From: a virus
Lineage: Duplodnaviria; Caudoviricetes
DNA length: 53,602 nucleotides
Direction: 5' to 3' (one strand)
IMG/VR virus record: IMGVR_UViG_3300028384_001121
Span: 1 to 53,602 of that record
This document shows positions 17,442 through 26,751 of the stretch, piece by piece. The notes under the pieces were generated by a model that was given only the letters and a program-made list of their open reading frames with translations, ran no database searches and was not told the origin of the DNA. A program made the translations under genes and the position numbers. Position 1 is the first letter of the stretch, and each line of letters begins with the position of its first letter.

Positions 17442-18481
17442 CGAATCATAGATAAAATGTCACTAGCATCGAAGCGCATCTCCGGTGCATCACTAAATAC
17501 ATATGGGCTATCATGCTCTTGCCCCTGCGCGTCTACAAATGGTTCCGTTGCACCTTTAGTAGGTACTCCTCCCATTTCATGACTTGGACCGTTAGCACGG
17601 TACAGATTTTTACTGATACGATTATAGCCCCCTTGACCCATTGCCACTGGCGGGTCGTTAGGCGAAGCTAAGATAACCTCATTCTTTTCAGTTTCATAGT
17701 CGGGCTGCCCCATAGGACCGCCCATCCGCGCCATATAAGAGTCTACCATCTGGCCCTGGTCGTCATACATGTTCTTAATCTGACGGCTGTACTCAAGTGT
17801 ATTCTCTAAGCGCAACTTATTGTTTTCTTTAGCACGCTTCAGCTTATCACGCTGTGCTTTTTGTTCTGCCGCTTTCTTCTTGTATACAGAGTACAAGGCC
17901 CCACCTACCAAAGCAAACGGCGCCACACCTGGAATCATAGAAGCATAAGGCAAGGCAGCTCCAGCTCCACTAAGCGCACCACTTGCACCAGTCAGCAAGT
18001 CGCCTCCAAGATTTTCCTCATTAGCACGATCAGTATTACCAATAGCTGTGCCTAAAGCATTCAAGCCAGCAGATGCAGCAGCAATTTTAGCTTGCCGCAT
18101 ATTAAACTGCTCCATAGCTTCAGGTACTTCACCCGGCGCTAAGTCTGTCATATCTACTTGAGGCCCTACTAAGCGCTCTAACAAACCCGGAGTTGCACTA
18201 CTCGTAGTACCTGGAGCAGCTCCCGGAAACTGTATGCTAGATTGTGGGGCAAACGGATTGAACTGCTGTCGCTGATAAGCACCATACTCTTGGTCTAGCT
18301 GCCCTGAATAATCCATATACGGGCCACCAAGATATTTCTTGTTTACTGCCGGCTCTGTTGTAAAGTTCTTAGGCCGCTTCTTTGCTTTAGGCTTGGCACG
18401 ACGGCGCCCATCTGGACCCGTACCTAACAATAGGTCAGTCAGATTACGCCGTTCACACCGGTGTCCATTAAATTTCTTCAT
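17438..18481 (-). CDS. Putative cargo protein
   Basis: 347 aa with a glycine-zipper-like hydrophobic segment (GASGALSGAGAA...ALVGGAL), a coiled coil, and GPSHEMGGV...YVFSD, which I recall from crAss-like internal proteins. Confidence 0.65.
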   Translation of the reverse strand: MKKFNGHRCERRNLTDLLLGTGPDGRRRAKPKAKKRPKNFTTEPAVNKKYLGGPYMDYSGQLDQEYGAYQRQQFNPFAPQSSIQFPGAAPGTTSSATPGLLERLVGPQVDMTDLAPGEVPEAMEQFNMRQAKIAAASAGLNALGTAIGNTDRANEENLGGDLLTGASGALSGAGAALPYASMIPGVAPFALVGGALYSVYKKKAAEQKAQRDKLKRAKENNKLRLENTLEYSRQIKNMYDDQGQMVDSYMARMGGPMGQPDYETEKNEVILASPNDPPVAMGQGGYNRISKNLYRANGPSHEMGGVPTKGATEPFVDAQGQEHDSPYVFSDAPEMRFDASDILSMIR

Positions 18482-18609
18482 CCGCTACAGCTTTCGCAGT
18501 CATCAGGGTTTTCAATATTGCATGTAATCTCGCCGTTCTTAAGCTTGTCTTCCGACTTCTTAAGTTTTTCCGGGTCGAGAAAAGAGATGTCAAATTCTTC
18601 TTCTTTCAT
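18478..18609 (-). CDS. 43-aa peptide ending in C-x7-CxxCSG
   Basis: ATG at 18609 is 4 nt after the upstream stop, and its TGA overlaps the next ATG (ATGA). Sequence MKEEEFDISFLDPEKLKKSEDKLKNGEITCNIENPDDCESCSG. Confidence 0.7.
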   Translation of the reverse strand: MKEEEFDISFLDPEKLKKSEDKLKNGEITCNIENPDDCESCSG

Positions 18610-18613
18610 GAGA

Positions 18614-18919
18614 TTAGCATTTCCAACGTCGGCGAGCCTGACGAATACGTGAATTAGGATTATTACGAGTCTTAGCACTAGAACGCTTAAGCTGTCCTAA
18701 AGATCGTGCACAATATGACTTGCGACGCTTAGCAGCCTTACTACCCTTTTTGACCTTACCAGTAACAGCCGTCTTGAGCTTACTGCCTGGGTTTGCCTTG
18801 CGATAGGCACGTACACCTTTGGCAGTCATTCCCGCACCTTTTTTGGTTGGGCGGTAGTTGGCTCCCTTGCCTTTGGTCGTTTTCCGTATCGGATTCGATT
18901 TGCGTCGTTTGGTTGCCAT
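18614..18919 (-). CDS. Small highly basic protein (DUF6321-like)
   Basis: K/R-rich with GAGMTAKGV...NPGSKLK...RRKSYCARS...RRRWKC. TAATG coupling to the upstream gene. Confidence 0.75.
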   Translation of the reverse strand: MATKRRKSNPIRKTTKGKGANYRPTKKGAGMTAKGVRAYRKANPGSKLKTAVTGKVKKGSKAAKRRKSYCARSLGQLKRSSAKTRNNPNSRIRQARRRWKC

Positions 18920-19125
18920 TACTTGTCCATTTGATTGCGCGCAAGAAGGAGCTTAATCTCTGCCAGATCACTTGCAAGTTGTTCCAAAGAGCGCTCAATC
19001 TTCTTGTTGCCATTTTCCAAAGAGTATACGCGACTAGTCAACTTGGTAACTTCCCCATGTAGTTTTACATAGACGCCCACCAAGCCAACAGCCAGCAGAA
19101 TTAGTTCGTAGTCCGTAAGATCCAT
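18919..19125 (-). CDS. Small single-TM plus coiled-coil protein
   Basis: Hydrophobic LILLAVGLVGVYV followed by a heptad pattern. TAATG coupling on both sides. Confidence 0.7.
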   Translation of the reverse strand: MDLTDYELILLAVGLVGVYVKLHGEVTKLTSRVYSLENGNKKIERSLEQLASDLAEIKLLLARNQMDK

Positions 19126-19430
19126 TATCGTTTACGTTTCGTAGTTGTACGTTTCTTCCTACTCGTAGTGCGCTTTGCACCACGCTTGACGGGAGAAACA
19201 CGTGTAGGCTTACCACCTGGGTTGCCCTTACGCACTTTCTCACGAACCTTTCTGCGCTTCTCGCTTTTAGACATCTCTCCAGACGTCTTCGGAGTCTTGC
19301 TATTTACCCGCTTTGTCGGACGGCAGTATGGATAAGGACGCTTTGACCCGCCCTTTGCCGACTTACGCCCACACGCTTTACCGGTGCGGACATCCTTCCA
19401 CTCTTCTTTAAACCACCGACGCAAGCTCAT
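19125..19430 (-). CDS. Small highly basic protein (DUF5872-like)
   Basis: LRRWFKEEWKDV...CGR...YPYCRP.KRV..KTPKT motif, widespread in marine phages. ATGA overlap with the upstream gene. Confidence 0.75.
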   Translation of the reverse strand: MSLRRWFKEEWKDVRTGKACGRKSAKGGSKRPYPYCRPTKRVNSKTPKTSGEMSKSEKRRKVREKVRKGNPGGKPTRVSPVKRGAKRTTSRKKRTTTKRKR

Positions 19431-19651
19431 CGTCTGCGTGTTGTACGCCGCGTAGTCTTACGCGTGGTGCGTTTTTTCGTAGTGGCCTTCTTTTTGCCCT
19501 TCTTGTAGCCAGACGCGGTTTTCTTTTTGCCCGAGCCATCCGGCTTTGTGCCTTTACAGACCTGCACAGCATACCCATTAGCATACGCCGAAGGGTATAC
19601 TTTATACTTACGCTTAGCAGCTGCTTTGCCTCGGGCGCACAGCTTACCCAT
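19427..19651 (-). CDS. Small highly basic protein (DUF5872-like)
   Basis: LCARGKAAAKRKYKVYPSAYANGYAVQVCKG followed by a K/R/T tail. Confidence 0.75.
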   Translation of the reverse strand: MGKLCARGKAAAKRKYKVYPSAYANGYAVQVCKGTKPDGSGKKKTASGYKKGKKKATTKKRTTRKTTRRTTRRR

Positions 19652-19881
19652 TACTTCCGGGTTTTACCGCCACGCTTCATCACGGGCTTCTTCGCAGCAC
19701 CGCCATACATCTTAATGTGTCCAGCAGCTTTCAAGGCGTTGATCAAAGCGGTAGGAGTCTTGCCGCCTTTCTTCATTTTAATCTGACGCGTGGCTTCTGC
19801 CATCGCACCGCCGTAAGTCATCATAGGCCGCTTAGCAGCAGGCTTATTTTTACGCACAGGCTTTTTCTTGCCGTATCCCAT
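19651..19881 (-). CDS. Small basic protein with four xxxGG repeats
   Basis: MTYGG, MKKGG, KMYGG and MKRGG within 76 aa. TAATG coupling to the next gene. Confidence 0.7.
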   Translation of the reverse strand: MGYGKKKPVRKNKPAAKRPMMTYGGAMAEATRQIKMKKGGKTPTALINALKAAGHIKMYGGAAKKPVMKRGGKTRK

Positions 19882-19941
19882 AGTAGTAAGTAAAGTGAGA
19901 GCGCGTACTGAAATTCTATATCCTTGGCTACTTATTCTCGA

Positions 19942-22900
19942 TTAGCGATAAGCCTTGCGCACCTTAGCATCTATGTCGTACAAATATAAACCAATTGTAC
20001 TATCTGTAGTATTGTCATAGCGAAGCCGAACTGTGGCGTGGTTACCAGCAATGCGACGCTGATCAAACCAACTTTTGTTGTCATCAATATTTGTGTTGAT
20101 AACGTCCCCCTCTTCATCTACGAATCGTAAAGTTCGGTTATCTACCAAGTCACGGAAATCGTTCCACTTCCACATGGTATCATCCCGACGCAGATTTGCG
20201 GTATGATCTAAAAGCCGATCTTGAACCGCACGGACCAATGTCGTCTCGCCACTACATTGATAGTCATTATAGATGGTGGCATGCGTAAAAGTGCGGTCGT
20301 GGTCAACAAAGCCCAGCGTATCCTCATCGTGGTCAAATGCTTTCGTATACCATTGGATACTACTAAACACCACACCCTGTGGATACGACAGTACCGTATC
20401 AATATATGAGTCGTATTTAATCGGGTTCGACGCCGCACCTATAAATCGAGTAAACGGTTCTTGTAAGTCATTGTGACGGAACCCTGTCAACTCCGTCGTA
20501 TCACCAACTTGCCTACGATTAAATGAATACAGCTCATTTTGAGTTCCTACCGCGCCGACCCAGTTATAGGTATGAAAACTTGTCCAGTTATTCAAGTCTA
20601 AGTTGTAGCTAAGGAACACATCCTCAGCCCTCGTACCTGTTTGGTAATACGCAGGATCTTGGTTTTGCGTAGCGTCATATGAGAAGTTAGGCAAAGTGCT
20701 GACGTCCCATGTATTATCTCTAATGTGAAAAATTACTCGATTCCAGCGAGAGTCATATACAGCCAGCACACCAGGATGATATCCAAAGACAGCTTCTGTA
20801 TTGAGAGTAGTCTGGTTAAGGTTAGTGAGCTTATTGAAGAAGTAGTCCCTCATGCCAAAAGCACTGATTTCTTGCAGCTTACCTCCGGCATACTGGAACA
20901 CCTTGCCCATAGACGCATCTGCATAGAAATACCCTGCCGGCGTGAGAATGCAGCTTAGCATATGCTGTGTGCCTCCATAACCATTGGGTGTAGGGATAAC
21001 CTCTACAGGCACAGTGCTAAAAATATCTCCAGTACCAAAAGCAATCTCGCCAGCAGTAGTAGCAAACTTCTCTTTACCACGAGTCACGTATAGACTTTGC
21101 TCGTGGTGAATAAGGAGCTTGTCAATGTAGCTCTGCAAGTTTTGAATGCTTCCCCGGCTACGAGGCATTTCATAGCTATCAAAGGCAAGGAAGGTTCGGA
21201 TATTAATATCCGGCTCGTCATTAGCCTGAGCCTGACTTCTATGCACCCGGTAGGGATAGGAGTTGGTATACGATTCTGTTAAGTCAAAAATACCCGGCTG
21301 GCGGAAATCATTAGACTTCAAAAACGTCACATCTACCGTGAAGTCATTCGTTTGATCTGGGCTTACTGGGCGGTCGTTACTACCTAAGTAATCGAATAAG
21401 CCCAACGCTGATTGGTCTGTGTCGATGTAGTAAGGATTTGCCGCCGAGTACATAGCAATGTTGTGCCCAATACGGATTGTGCCCGCTGTTGGGTCAGGCG
21501 AGTAATTATCCGTGATATCACGACTGTCATTTAATGGGTCCGCAGAATGGTGGTGCGTCCAGCCAGCCCAAGCCGTTGTACGATAGCGCATCTCGCTTAC
21601 GGCCATATCTCCATTGACATGAAAGAAGCGAACCTTACCAACTTCGGTTACATCAGAATCGGTACCTGCAATCAACGCTGCAATTTGTGTAGCATCTAGA
21701 AATTGCGCATTATCGTACTGCGGCACATCTAAAGTTCCCATTACAGGAGTACACGCTACTAGCTCCTGTGACGCGTATCCTTGATATACATCTTGACGGG
21801 CAACACAAAAGCTTGCAATAGGGGCAACACTAACCGGTGTTTCAGTACCACTAGACTGGCTTGCGGTGTTGACGCTATAGATATTATCTAACCAAAAACC
21901 TGTTTTTACGGACCGACTTTCGCCAGTCCAGCTATTGATAAACTTGGTCTGGTAATAGTCATACCCATCGGCATCACTAGGAAAGTGCATATCAGTGCCT
22001 GAGATACTCTGGTCGATTTTAAAGTGCAAGCATTCCTCTCCACCTCTATTATCTATTTGGCGCTCAGAATCAATAATACCTGGCGACAAATAATGCACGT
22101 CAGACACAGAGCGTACGCGCATAATTTCTGATGGAATATGAAACGTAGCTGCAGACTTCATGTAATCGAAGTACATCAAACGATTACGTATTTGCTCTGA
22201 TTCAAAAACCCCACCTTCCCATAACTCGTAAATATCAAAGCTGCTATCGGTGTCGACAATAAAATGCTGCCATTCTGCATTCGTTCCCGCAACCCCATCA
22301 AATGCTGTATAAGGTTCAGCCTGTTTACCAATGATATGGTCGTACCTAATGTAGTAGCGCCCCGCATTTGGACTTACCCTTGGCTTTGCACGCATCATAT
22401 CGAATGGGTGCATTCTGCCATAGTCCAGTATCATCTGGTTGAAGGCTGTATTACTTCCTAGGCTATTATCATTTGCCAGAGTCTTGCCGGTTACAGAATT
22501 TGTTCCACCCGGAGTACTGTTGTTGTTAAGGGTATTAATACCGTTTGTCGCTACGTGGTCTGTTAGGTTTTCTCCTGTAGCCTCAAGGCTGTAATGGTTA
22601 TGAGCACCATGAAACAGCAAACTCTGCCCAAGAACTGTACTGTTGTTAATTGTTCGCTTAGCATGATAGAACCGGACGCCCACATAACCCTCAGGCATCG
22701 GAACATGCTCAAACTCTACTGCTAACGTAGGACGATCACTTAGACTACTCAGATTTACACTTGTCTCCCGGTCTAACCATGCCTCTGTAGGCATCTTATG
22801 GTGACGAACCTTTTCACCTGCCAGCGTAGTCGTGGTTGTAGCTAGATAACCGCCACCGCCCCCGTTATAAGAAAATCTTTTTTGATCTGGAAAGTCAGAG

Positions 22901-24288
22901 GCATACGTCTCGTTTTGGTTTTCCCAAATGCCCATACGCCCCCGAGGTCTAGCGCCATCACCAACATTATAATTGGCATTTACTTCACAAGTATCACGCG
23001 CCATGTAGTAATGCGTGTTACCTGCCTCCTGGTCAAACTTCAGATAGTTCAACCTACCATCTGCATACGCTGACATATTCGTAGCCAGAGTACCAGTTGG
23101 GTCTACTACCACATTAGTGTTTACAGACAGCAGTTCAGAGTCCGCTGCTTCTATTTCTACATTGATAGTTCCAGGTACCGGACGGCCTGGAATATGAAAC
23201 GCTTTCGTTTCGCTACCATCACTACGCACCCATGCAACGTAAAATGCGTAGACCTCTCCCGGCATAAAGCGCAGACCTGCCGGATACTGCGTCTCATCCA
23301 TCTCACGCCCTAAGCGCGTCGACCCATTTCCAGTCGGGCCATATGCCCAGATAGGTTCGATCCAATTTGCATATTGCTGCAAATCTTCCTCATCATGTTC
23401 TGTAACATTACCGAGATAGAGCCGGTTCTCGTGAAAGGTCAACGTTTTCGCTGAAGTGTATACCTGAGGCTTAGCGGTAAGCTCTGCAACAGTAACCTCC
23501 CCATACGGATTGATATTATCTACCAGTCGTGTCAAAGTGCTGTTTCCTGCAGGAAAGCGCCTTTGAATCTTTGCTTCTAATGCGTTACCCGTGAAGGTTA
23601 ACGAAGCAATCAAGATATATGGGTAGTCCGTGTCAATGTTAGACATCTCTACCTCAAACGTGCCCGCTTCTTCTTTTACTGGGAAAGGACCAAACAACCC
23701 CTGCCACGCCGTACGACTACCATCTTCTTGCTCATAAGCTACGCAGAAGAAGTGTGTACCAACAGGAAAGCCACCATTACCGGCACCAACTGCAATATCT
23801 AAGTCCACCTGATTAAACTCGGGGAAGAGCTTATTCGTCGTCATGTCCGTATCGACATTAGACAAGTTCAAGATGCGAAGTGGATTTTCCCCATCAGTAA
23901 ACACTACCTGTAGTTCTGCCGCAGCATTTTGGAAGTGCGCTACTTTAAGAACTGTAGTATCACTGAAATTGAGATCGTCATCCTCTAGTACCAGAGTAGT
24001 CAAGCCGGTACTAGCGGTATAACGGTAGATTGCACTTCCATCCCCCGCTGGTGAGGTGCTAGAATATACAAAGAGCAAAAAGTCATCTTCAGGCAAGGCG
24101 TGTGCTCCACACAGCGCTTTACCCCCAGCAATGCCCGTTGCGCCGCCAGTCGACAGCTTTTTTAGACCTGGCTCTTGCATGAGGGCATCTAGCTCCTTGC
24201 CATAAATAAAATTCTGAGCACGACGGTATGTACCCTCCGGCATATTAGCCGAGGAGACATCCTGGTTCATACCCTTGAGTGGCTTCAT
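19942..24288 (-). CDS. Muzzle / tail stabilization protein (crAss-like)
   Basis: 1448 aa, beta-rich, N-terminal KGMNQD...A.N, NRLYLGN, C-terminal RRIAGNHATVRL. Located after the ring protein. Confidence 0.75.
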   Translation of the reverse strand: MKPLKGMNQDVSSANMPEGTYRRAQNFIYGKELDALMQEPGLKKLSTGGATGIAGGKALCGAHALPEDDFLLFVYSSTSPAGDGSAIYRYTASTGLTTLVLEDDDLNFSDTTVLKVAHFQNAAAELQVVFTDGENPLRILNLSNVDTDMTTNKLFPEFNQVDLDIAVGAGNGGFPVGTHFFCVAYEQEDGSRTAWQGLFGPFPVKEEAGTFEVEMSNIDTDYPYILIASLTFTGNALEAKIQRRFPAGNSTLTRLVDNINPYGEVTVAELTAKPQVYTSAKTLTFHENRLYLGNVTEHDEEDLQQYANWIEPIWAYGPTGNGSTRLGREMDETQYPAGLRFMPGEVYAFYVAWVRSDGSETKAFHIPGRPVPGTINVEIEAADSELLSVNTNVVVDPTGTLATNMSAYADGRLNYLKFDQEAGNTHYYMARDTCEVNANYNVGDGARPRGRMGIWENQNETYASDFPDQKRFSYNGGGGGYLATTTTTLAGEKVRHHKMPTEAWLDRETSVNLSSLSDRPTLAVEFEHVPMPEGYVGVRFYHAKRTINNSTVLGQSLLFHGAHNHYSLEATGENLTDHVATNGINTLNNNSTPGGTNSVTGKTLANDNSLGSNTAFNQMILDYGRMHPFDMMRAKPRVSPNAGRYYIRYDHIIGKQAEPYTAFDGVAGTNAEWQHFIVDTDSSFDIYELWEGGVFESEQIRNRLMYFDYMKSAATFHIPSEIMRVRSVSDVHYLSPGIIDSERQIDNRGGEECLHFKIDQSISGTDMHFPSDADGYDYYQTKFINSWTGESRSVKTGFWLDNIYSVNTASQSSGTETPVSVAPIASFCVARQDVYQGYASQELVACTPVMGTLDVPQYDNAQFLDATQIAALIAGTDSDVTEVGKVRFFHVNGDMAVSEMRYRTTAWAGWTHHHSADPLNDSRDITDNYSPDPTAGTIRIGHNIAMYSAANPYYIDTDQSALGLFDYLGSNDRPVSPDQTNDFTVDVTFLKSNDFRQPGIFDLTESYTNSYPYRVHRSQAQANDEPDINIRTFLAFDSYEMPRSRGSIQNLQSYIDKLLIHHEQSLYVTRGKEKFATTAGEIAFGTGDIFSTVPVEVIPTPNGYGGTQHMLSCILTPAGYFYADASMGKVFQYAGGKLQEISAFGMRDYFFNKLTNLNQTTLNTEAVFGYHPGVLAVYDSRWNRVIFHIRDNTWDVSTLPNFSYDATQNQDPAYYQTGTRAEDVFLSYNLDLNNWTSFHTYNWVGAVGTQNELYSFNRRQVGDTTELTGFRHNDLQEPFTRFIGAASNPIKYDSYIDTVLSYPQGVVFSSIQWYTKAFDHDEDTLGFVDHDRTFTHATIYNDYQCSGETTLVRAVQDRLLDHTANLRRDDTMWKWNDFRDLVDNRTLRFVDEEGDVINTNIDDNKSWFDQRRIAGNHATVRLRYDNTTDSTIGLYLYDIDAKVRKAYR

Positions 24289-25085
24289 CGTCCTAAGCGT
24301 TCTTGAGTGTTATTCCCAATAAAGAAATCGGAGTGTGCATTCATCCTTGGGACCATGCGGACCCACATATTTTTGAAGCTCTCCATCTTGTCGATAGATG
24401 GGTAAGCGGCGTCGTTCTGTGCTTTCACGCAGTACTGGCCCCACTTCTGATCGGCTATCCCCCAATTCAGAAACGGGTGCGTGTACCCTCCCATCATCAT
24501 CTGCCTTACGATGTACCATTCAAGCGCCTGTTTGTAGTAAATATTATCAGGCACCTTCGGATACCCATCATCACACATAGGGTAGGCAGTAAAGTGAACC
24601 TTTACCGTACCCTTCTCAAAAGAGGTTTGCAGATAGTCCGGATTGATGACATAGTAGTCACCGCCTCCGTAGCTTGCAGCTTTGATTGACTGGCGCTGCT
24701 TGAATGTGTCGTTCCCCGTTGGATGTTCTCCTGCTTGGGTCTCAAAGACTTTTGCAGTTGTTACATCGCTCGTATTGTAAGGTTGGGGATTCGTAGTGCG
24801 TTTTGCATTAGGCAAGTCGTACGATGCCGTATCAGTTCCGTAGGGGAGAGCACTACCCTCATACTCAACTTGGATAATGTCTACTAGCTCACACGGCAAC
24901 AAAGCACGATGGTCTGCCACTGTAAGTTCCATAGCCTTCTTCTCCAAACCGGTATGATAACCAATAAATTCCAGCGCCTCGCCAATCCATTCAACGGCAT
25001 CGTTAACCCACGTATCCGTGGTGGGCTTTAGATCACGAAAGACCTTCGCGATAACAGCTTTTGATGAGACGGTTTTGTAAATCAT
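24285..25085 (-). CDS. Tail ring / tubular protein
   Basis: EWIGEALEFIG...LPC...TSFEKG.V...Y...DDGYPKVPD pattern, directly upstream of the muzzle gene. Confidence 0.75.
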   Translation of the reverse strand: MIYKTVSSKAVIAKVFRDLKPTTDTWVNDAVEWIGEALEFIGYHTGLEKKAMELTVADHRALLPCELVDIIQVEYEGSALPYGTDTASYDLPNAKRTTNPQPYNTSDVTTAKVFETQAGEHPTGNDTFKQRQSIKAASYGGGDYYVINPDYLQTSFEKGTVKVHFTAYPMCDDGYPKVPDNIYYKQALEWYIVRQMMMGGYTHPFLNWGIADQKWGQYCVKAQNDAAYPSIDKMESFKNMWVRMVPRMNAHSDFFIGNNTQERLGR

Positions 25086-25540
25086 TGTTTGAAGTTCAAG
25101 TAGGCAAATTCATCCGTACGAAGTTTTTCTACGAGCTTTCGCTTATTGCCACGGCTCCCCGCTGTAGGAGCAAACGTGTACACGCTTTTATTCTTGACCA
25201 AGCACCGGTGCTTATCCCAGTTCCACCGATAGTAGTAATCATCGGTGTAATAAACGAGCTTCTTTATACCCTGTTTCTTCAGGCGGTTGGTCTCACCCCA
25301 ATCAATAGTAGGCTTGTTAAAGGTACGAGGTATCTTTTTAATTCTGATAGAACCAAGCCGTTGGCCCATATTGAATACCTGTCCCTCTAGTATCCTTTCG
25401 CTCACTCTCTTATTGAACCTACTAATGATATGCTTGTACAAAGCGTACGTTACCGGCGAATCCGGGTTGAGCTGTTTGTACCATTTGTAGGAGTCCTTGG
25501 TGCTAAACTTACTCGCTGAGCTGTACTTCGTCGCTGTCAT
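25082..25540 (-). CDS. IHF/HU-like basic DNA-binding protein
   Basis: ILEGQVFNMGQRLGSIRIKK...IDWGET, at the conserved crAss-like position between ring protein genes. Confidence 0.65.
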   Translation of the reverse strand: MTATKYSSASKFSTKDSYKWYKQLNPDSPVTYALYKHIISRFNKRVSERILEGQVFNMGQRLGSIRIKKIPRTFNKPTIDWGETNRLKKQGIKKLVYYTDDYYYRWNWDKHRCLVKNKSVYTFAPTAGSRGNKRKLVEKLRTDEFAYLNFKQ

Positions 25541-26159
25541 TCTGTCGATTCTCTAATTGCATCTCTGTTGCCAGAATGCTCTGTGTGATACGCTGTACCA
25601 TATCCATTGAAATCGGATACTCCTTATCCTCGCTAAACGCTGCTGTATTGTCGCAGCAAACGTGTCCTGCTAAGTCTTGAGGCTGCTCAAAAATGCCCTT
25701 TAGTAAAATCTTACTAGGACGTGCATTCAAAACATAGATTCGATCGTTGGCGTAGATGTACCGAGGCTGATTCGCCCCCCACTTTTGATGCATTGCGTAT
25801 TCCGCTTGCACACCTGTAGTACGCTGATAGGGCTTCTTGCCATCTACTGTACCAACATAGCCGAACTCGCTACCGTCGTATATACGCACTGGTCGCGGGA
25901 TGGTCTTCTTTGTACGCCAGACCTCACAGCCGATATCCTCTACCGTGCAGCACTCCATCGCATTAGCTGCCTCCATTTCTAAGCAGTCCAACTTCTGCAC
26001 GAATTGACTAGGCAAACTATGGTTACGCTTCTGGTCCTGGCGGATAAACTGCGCACGATAGTACCCTACCATGAACTTTAGCCGTTCAAGCAGAATAGTA
26101 TCATCAGCCTTCTCAACTTGAAGAGCAATGTTGTAGACGATTTCGTTTAGCGTTGCCAT
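25509..26159 (-). CDS. Tail ring protein
   Basis: Likely start MATLNEIVYNI (ATG 26159). YYRA..IRQ, a Cys cluster, GIFEQP and EYPIS motifs. Confidence 0.7.
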   Translation of the reverse strand: MATLNEIVYNIALQVEKADDTILLERLKFMVGYYRAQFIRQDQKRNHSLPSQFVQKLDCLEMEAANAMECCTVEDIGCEVWRTKKTIPRPVRIYDGSEFGYVGTVDGKKPYQRTTGVQAEYAMHQKWGANQPRYIYANDRIYVLNARPSKILLKGIFEQPQDLAGHVCCDNTAAFSEDKEYPISMDMVQRITQSILATEMQLENRQNDSDEVQLSE

Positions 26160-26596
26160 GGCAGCTGATTTTTGTCGACTGTTCGGACCACAAAGTATCC
26201 GCCAATCGTAGTGATCAATACAGTCTCGTACATCTTTACCCAAACCTCTCGAATGGTATACTCCATTGCCAGAGTGTCAAGTAAGATGAATCCAATGAGA
26301 AAGGCTACCAGTACTAAGACGATAAGCGGCCTCACATTCCGAGCCAACCAACTTTTACTAGAGACATCAGCTTGCCAGCGCTGGGTAATATTATTTTCCA
26401 GCGAGACCCGCTCCTCTTGTTCAAGACGATCGAATTCTAACTTTTGCTCAGGTGTGAGGCTGCTATCGTTACTAACCAAGTTCTTTACTACTCCCAGGAG
26501 TCCGGCATCTGGTAATGCATCGGCTACTACATCAAATACTCCGGGAGCTTTGTCCTTGAGCCACGACCCGAGCTTGGTGTCGCGGACTTTATTCAT
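26147..26596 (-). CDS. Holin (GTA/3TM-like family)
   Basis: RWQAD..S.SWL.RNVRP followed by hydrophobic helices and GGYF. Sits next to the lysin gene. Confidence 0.75.
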   Translation of the reverse strand: MNKVRDTKLGSWLKDKAPGVFDVVADALPDAGLLGVVKNLVSNDSSLTPEQKLEFDRLEQEERVSLENNITQRWQADVSSKSWLARNVRPLIVLVLVAFLIGFILLDTLAMEYTIREVWVKMYETVLITTIGGYFVVRTVDKNQLPWQR

Positions 26597-26751
26597 TAGA
26601 ACTTAAATGTGAAGTTGAAGAAAGTAAAGCTGTACAGCTTAGAACTCAAGTCAACAATGAAGTCAAACACCGTAATGGTGCCGAGACGAAGCTTGAAGAT
26701 AAACTTATCTCCGTGCTTATTGGGGTTACCCCATCCATTCTGGAATTTCAT
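26596..26751 (-). CDS. 51-aa hypothetical protein missed by the ORF track
   Basis: MKFQNGWGNPNKHGDKFIFKLRLGTITVFDFIVDLSSKLYSFTFFNFTFKF*. It fills the lysin-holin gap and its TAA overlaps the holin ATG (TAATG). Confidence 0.65.
   Translation of the reverse strand: MKFQNGWGNPNKHGDKFIFKLRLGTITVFDFIVDLSSKLYSFTFFNFTFKF

Noticed and set aside
18610-18678. 66-aa extended version of the CxxC peptide
   Set aside because: The extension overlaps the upstream gene. ATG 18609 fits the operon packing better.
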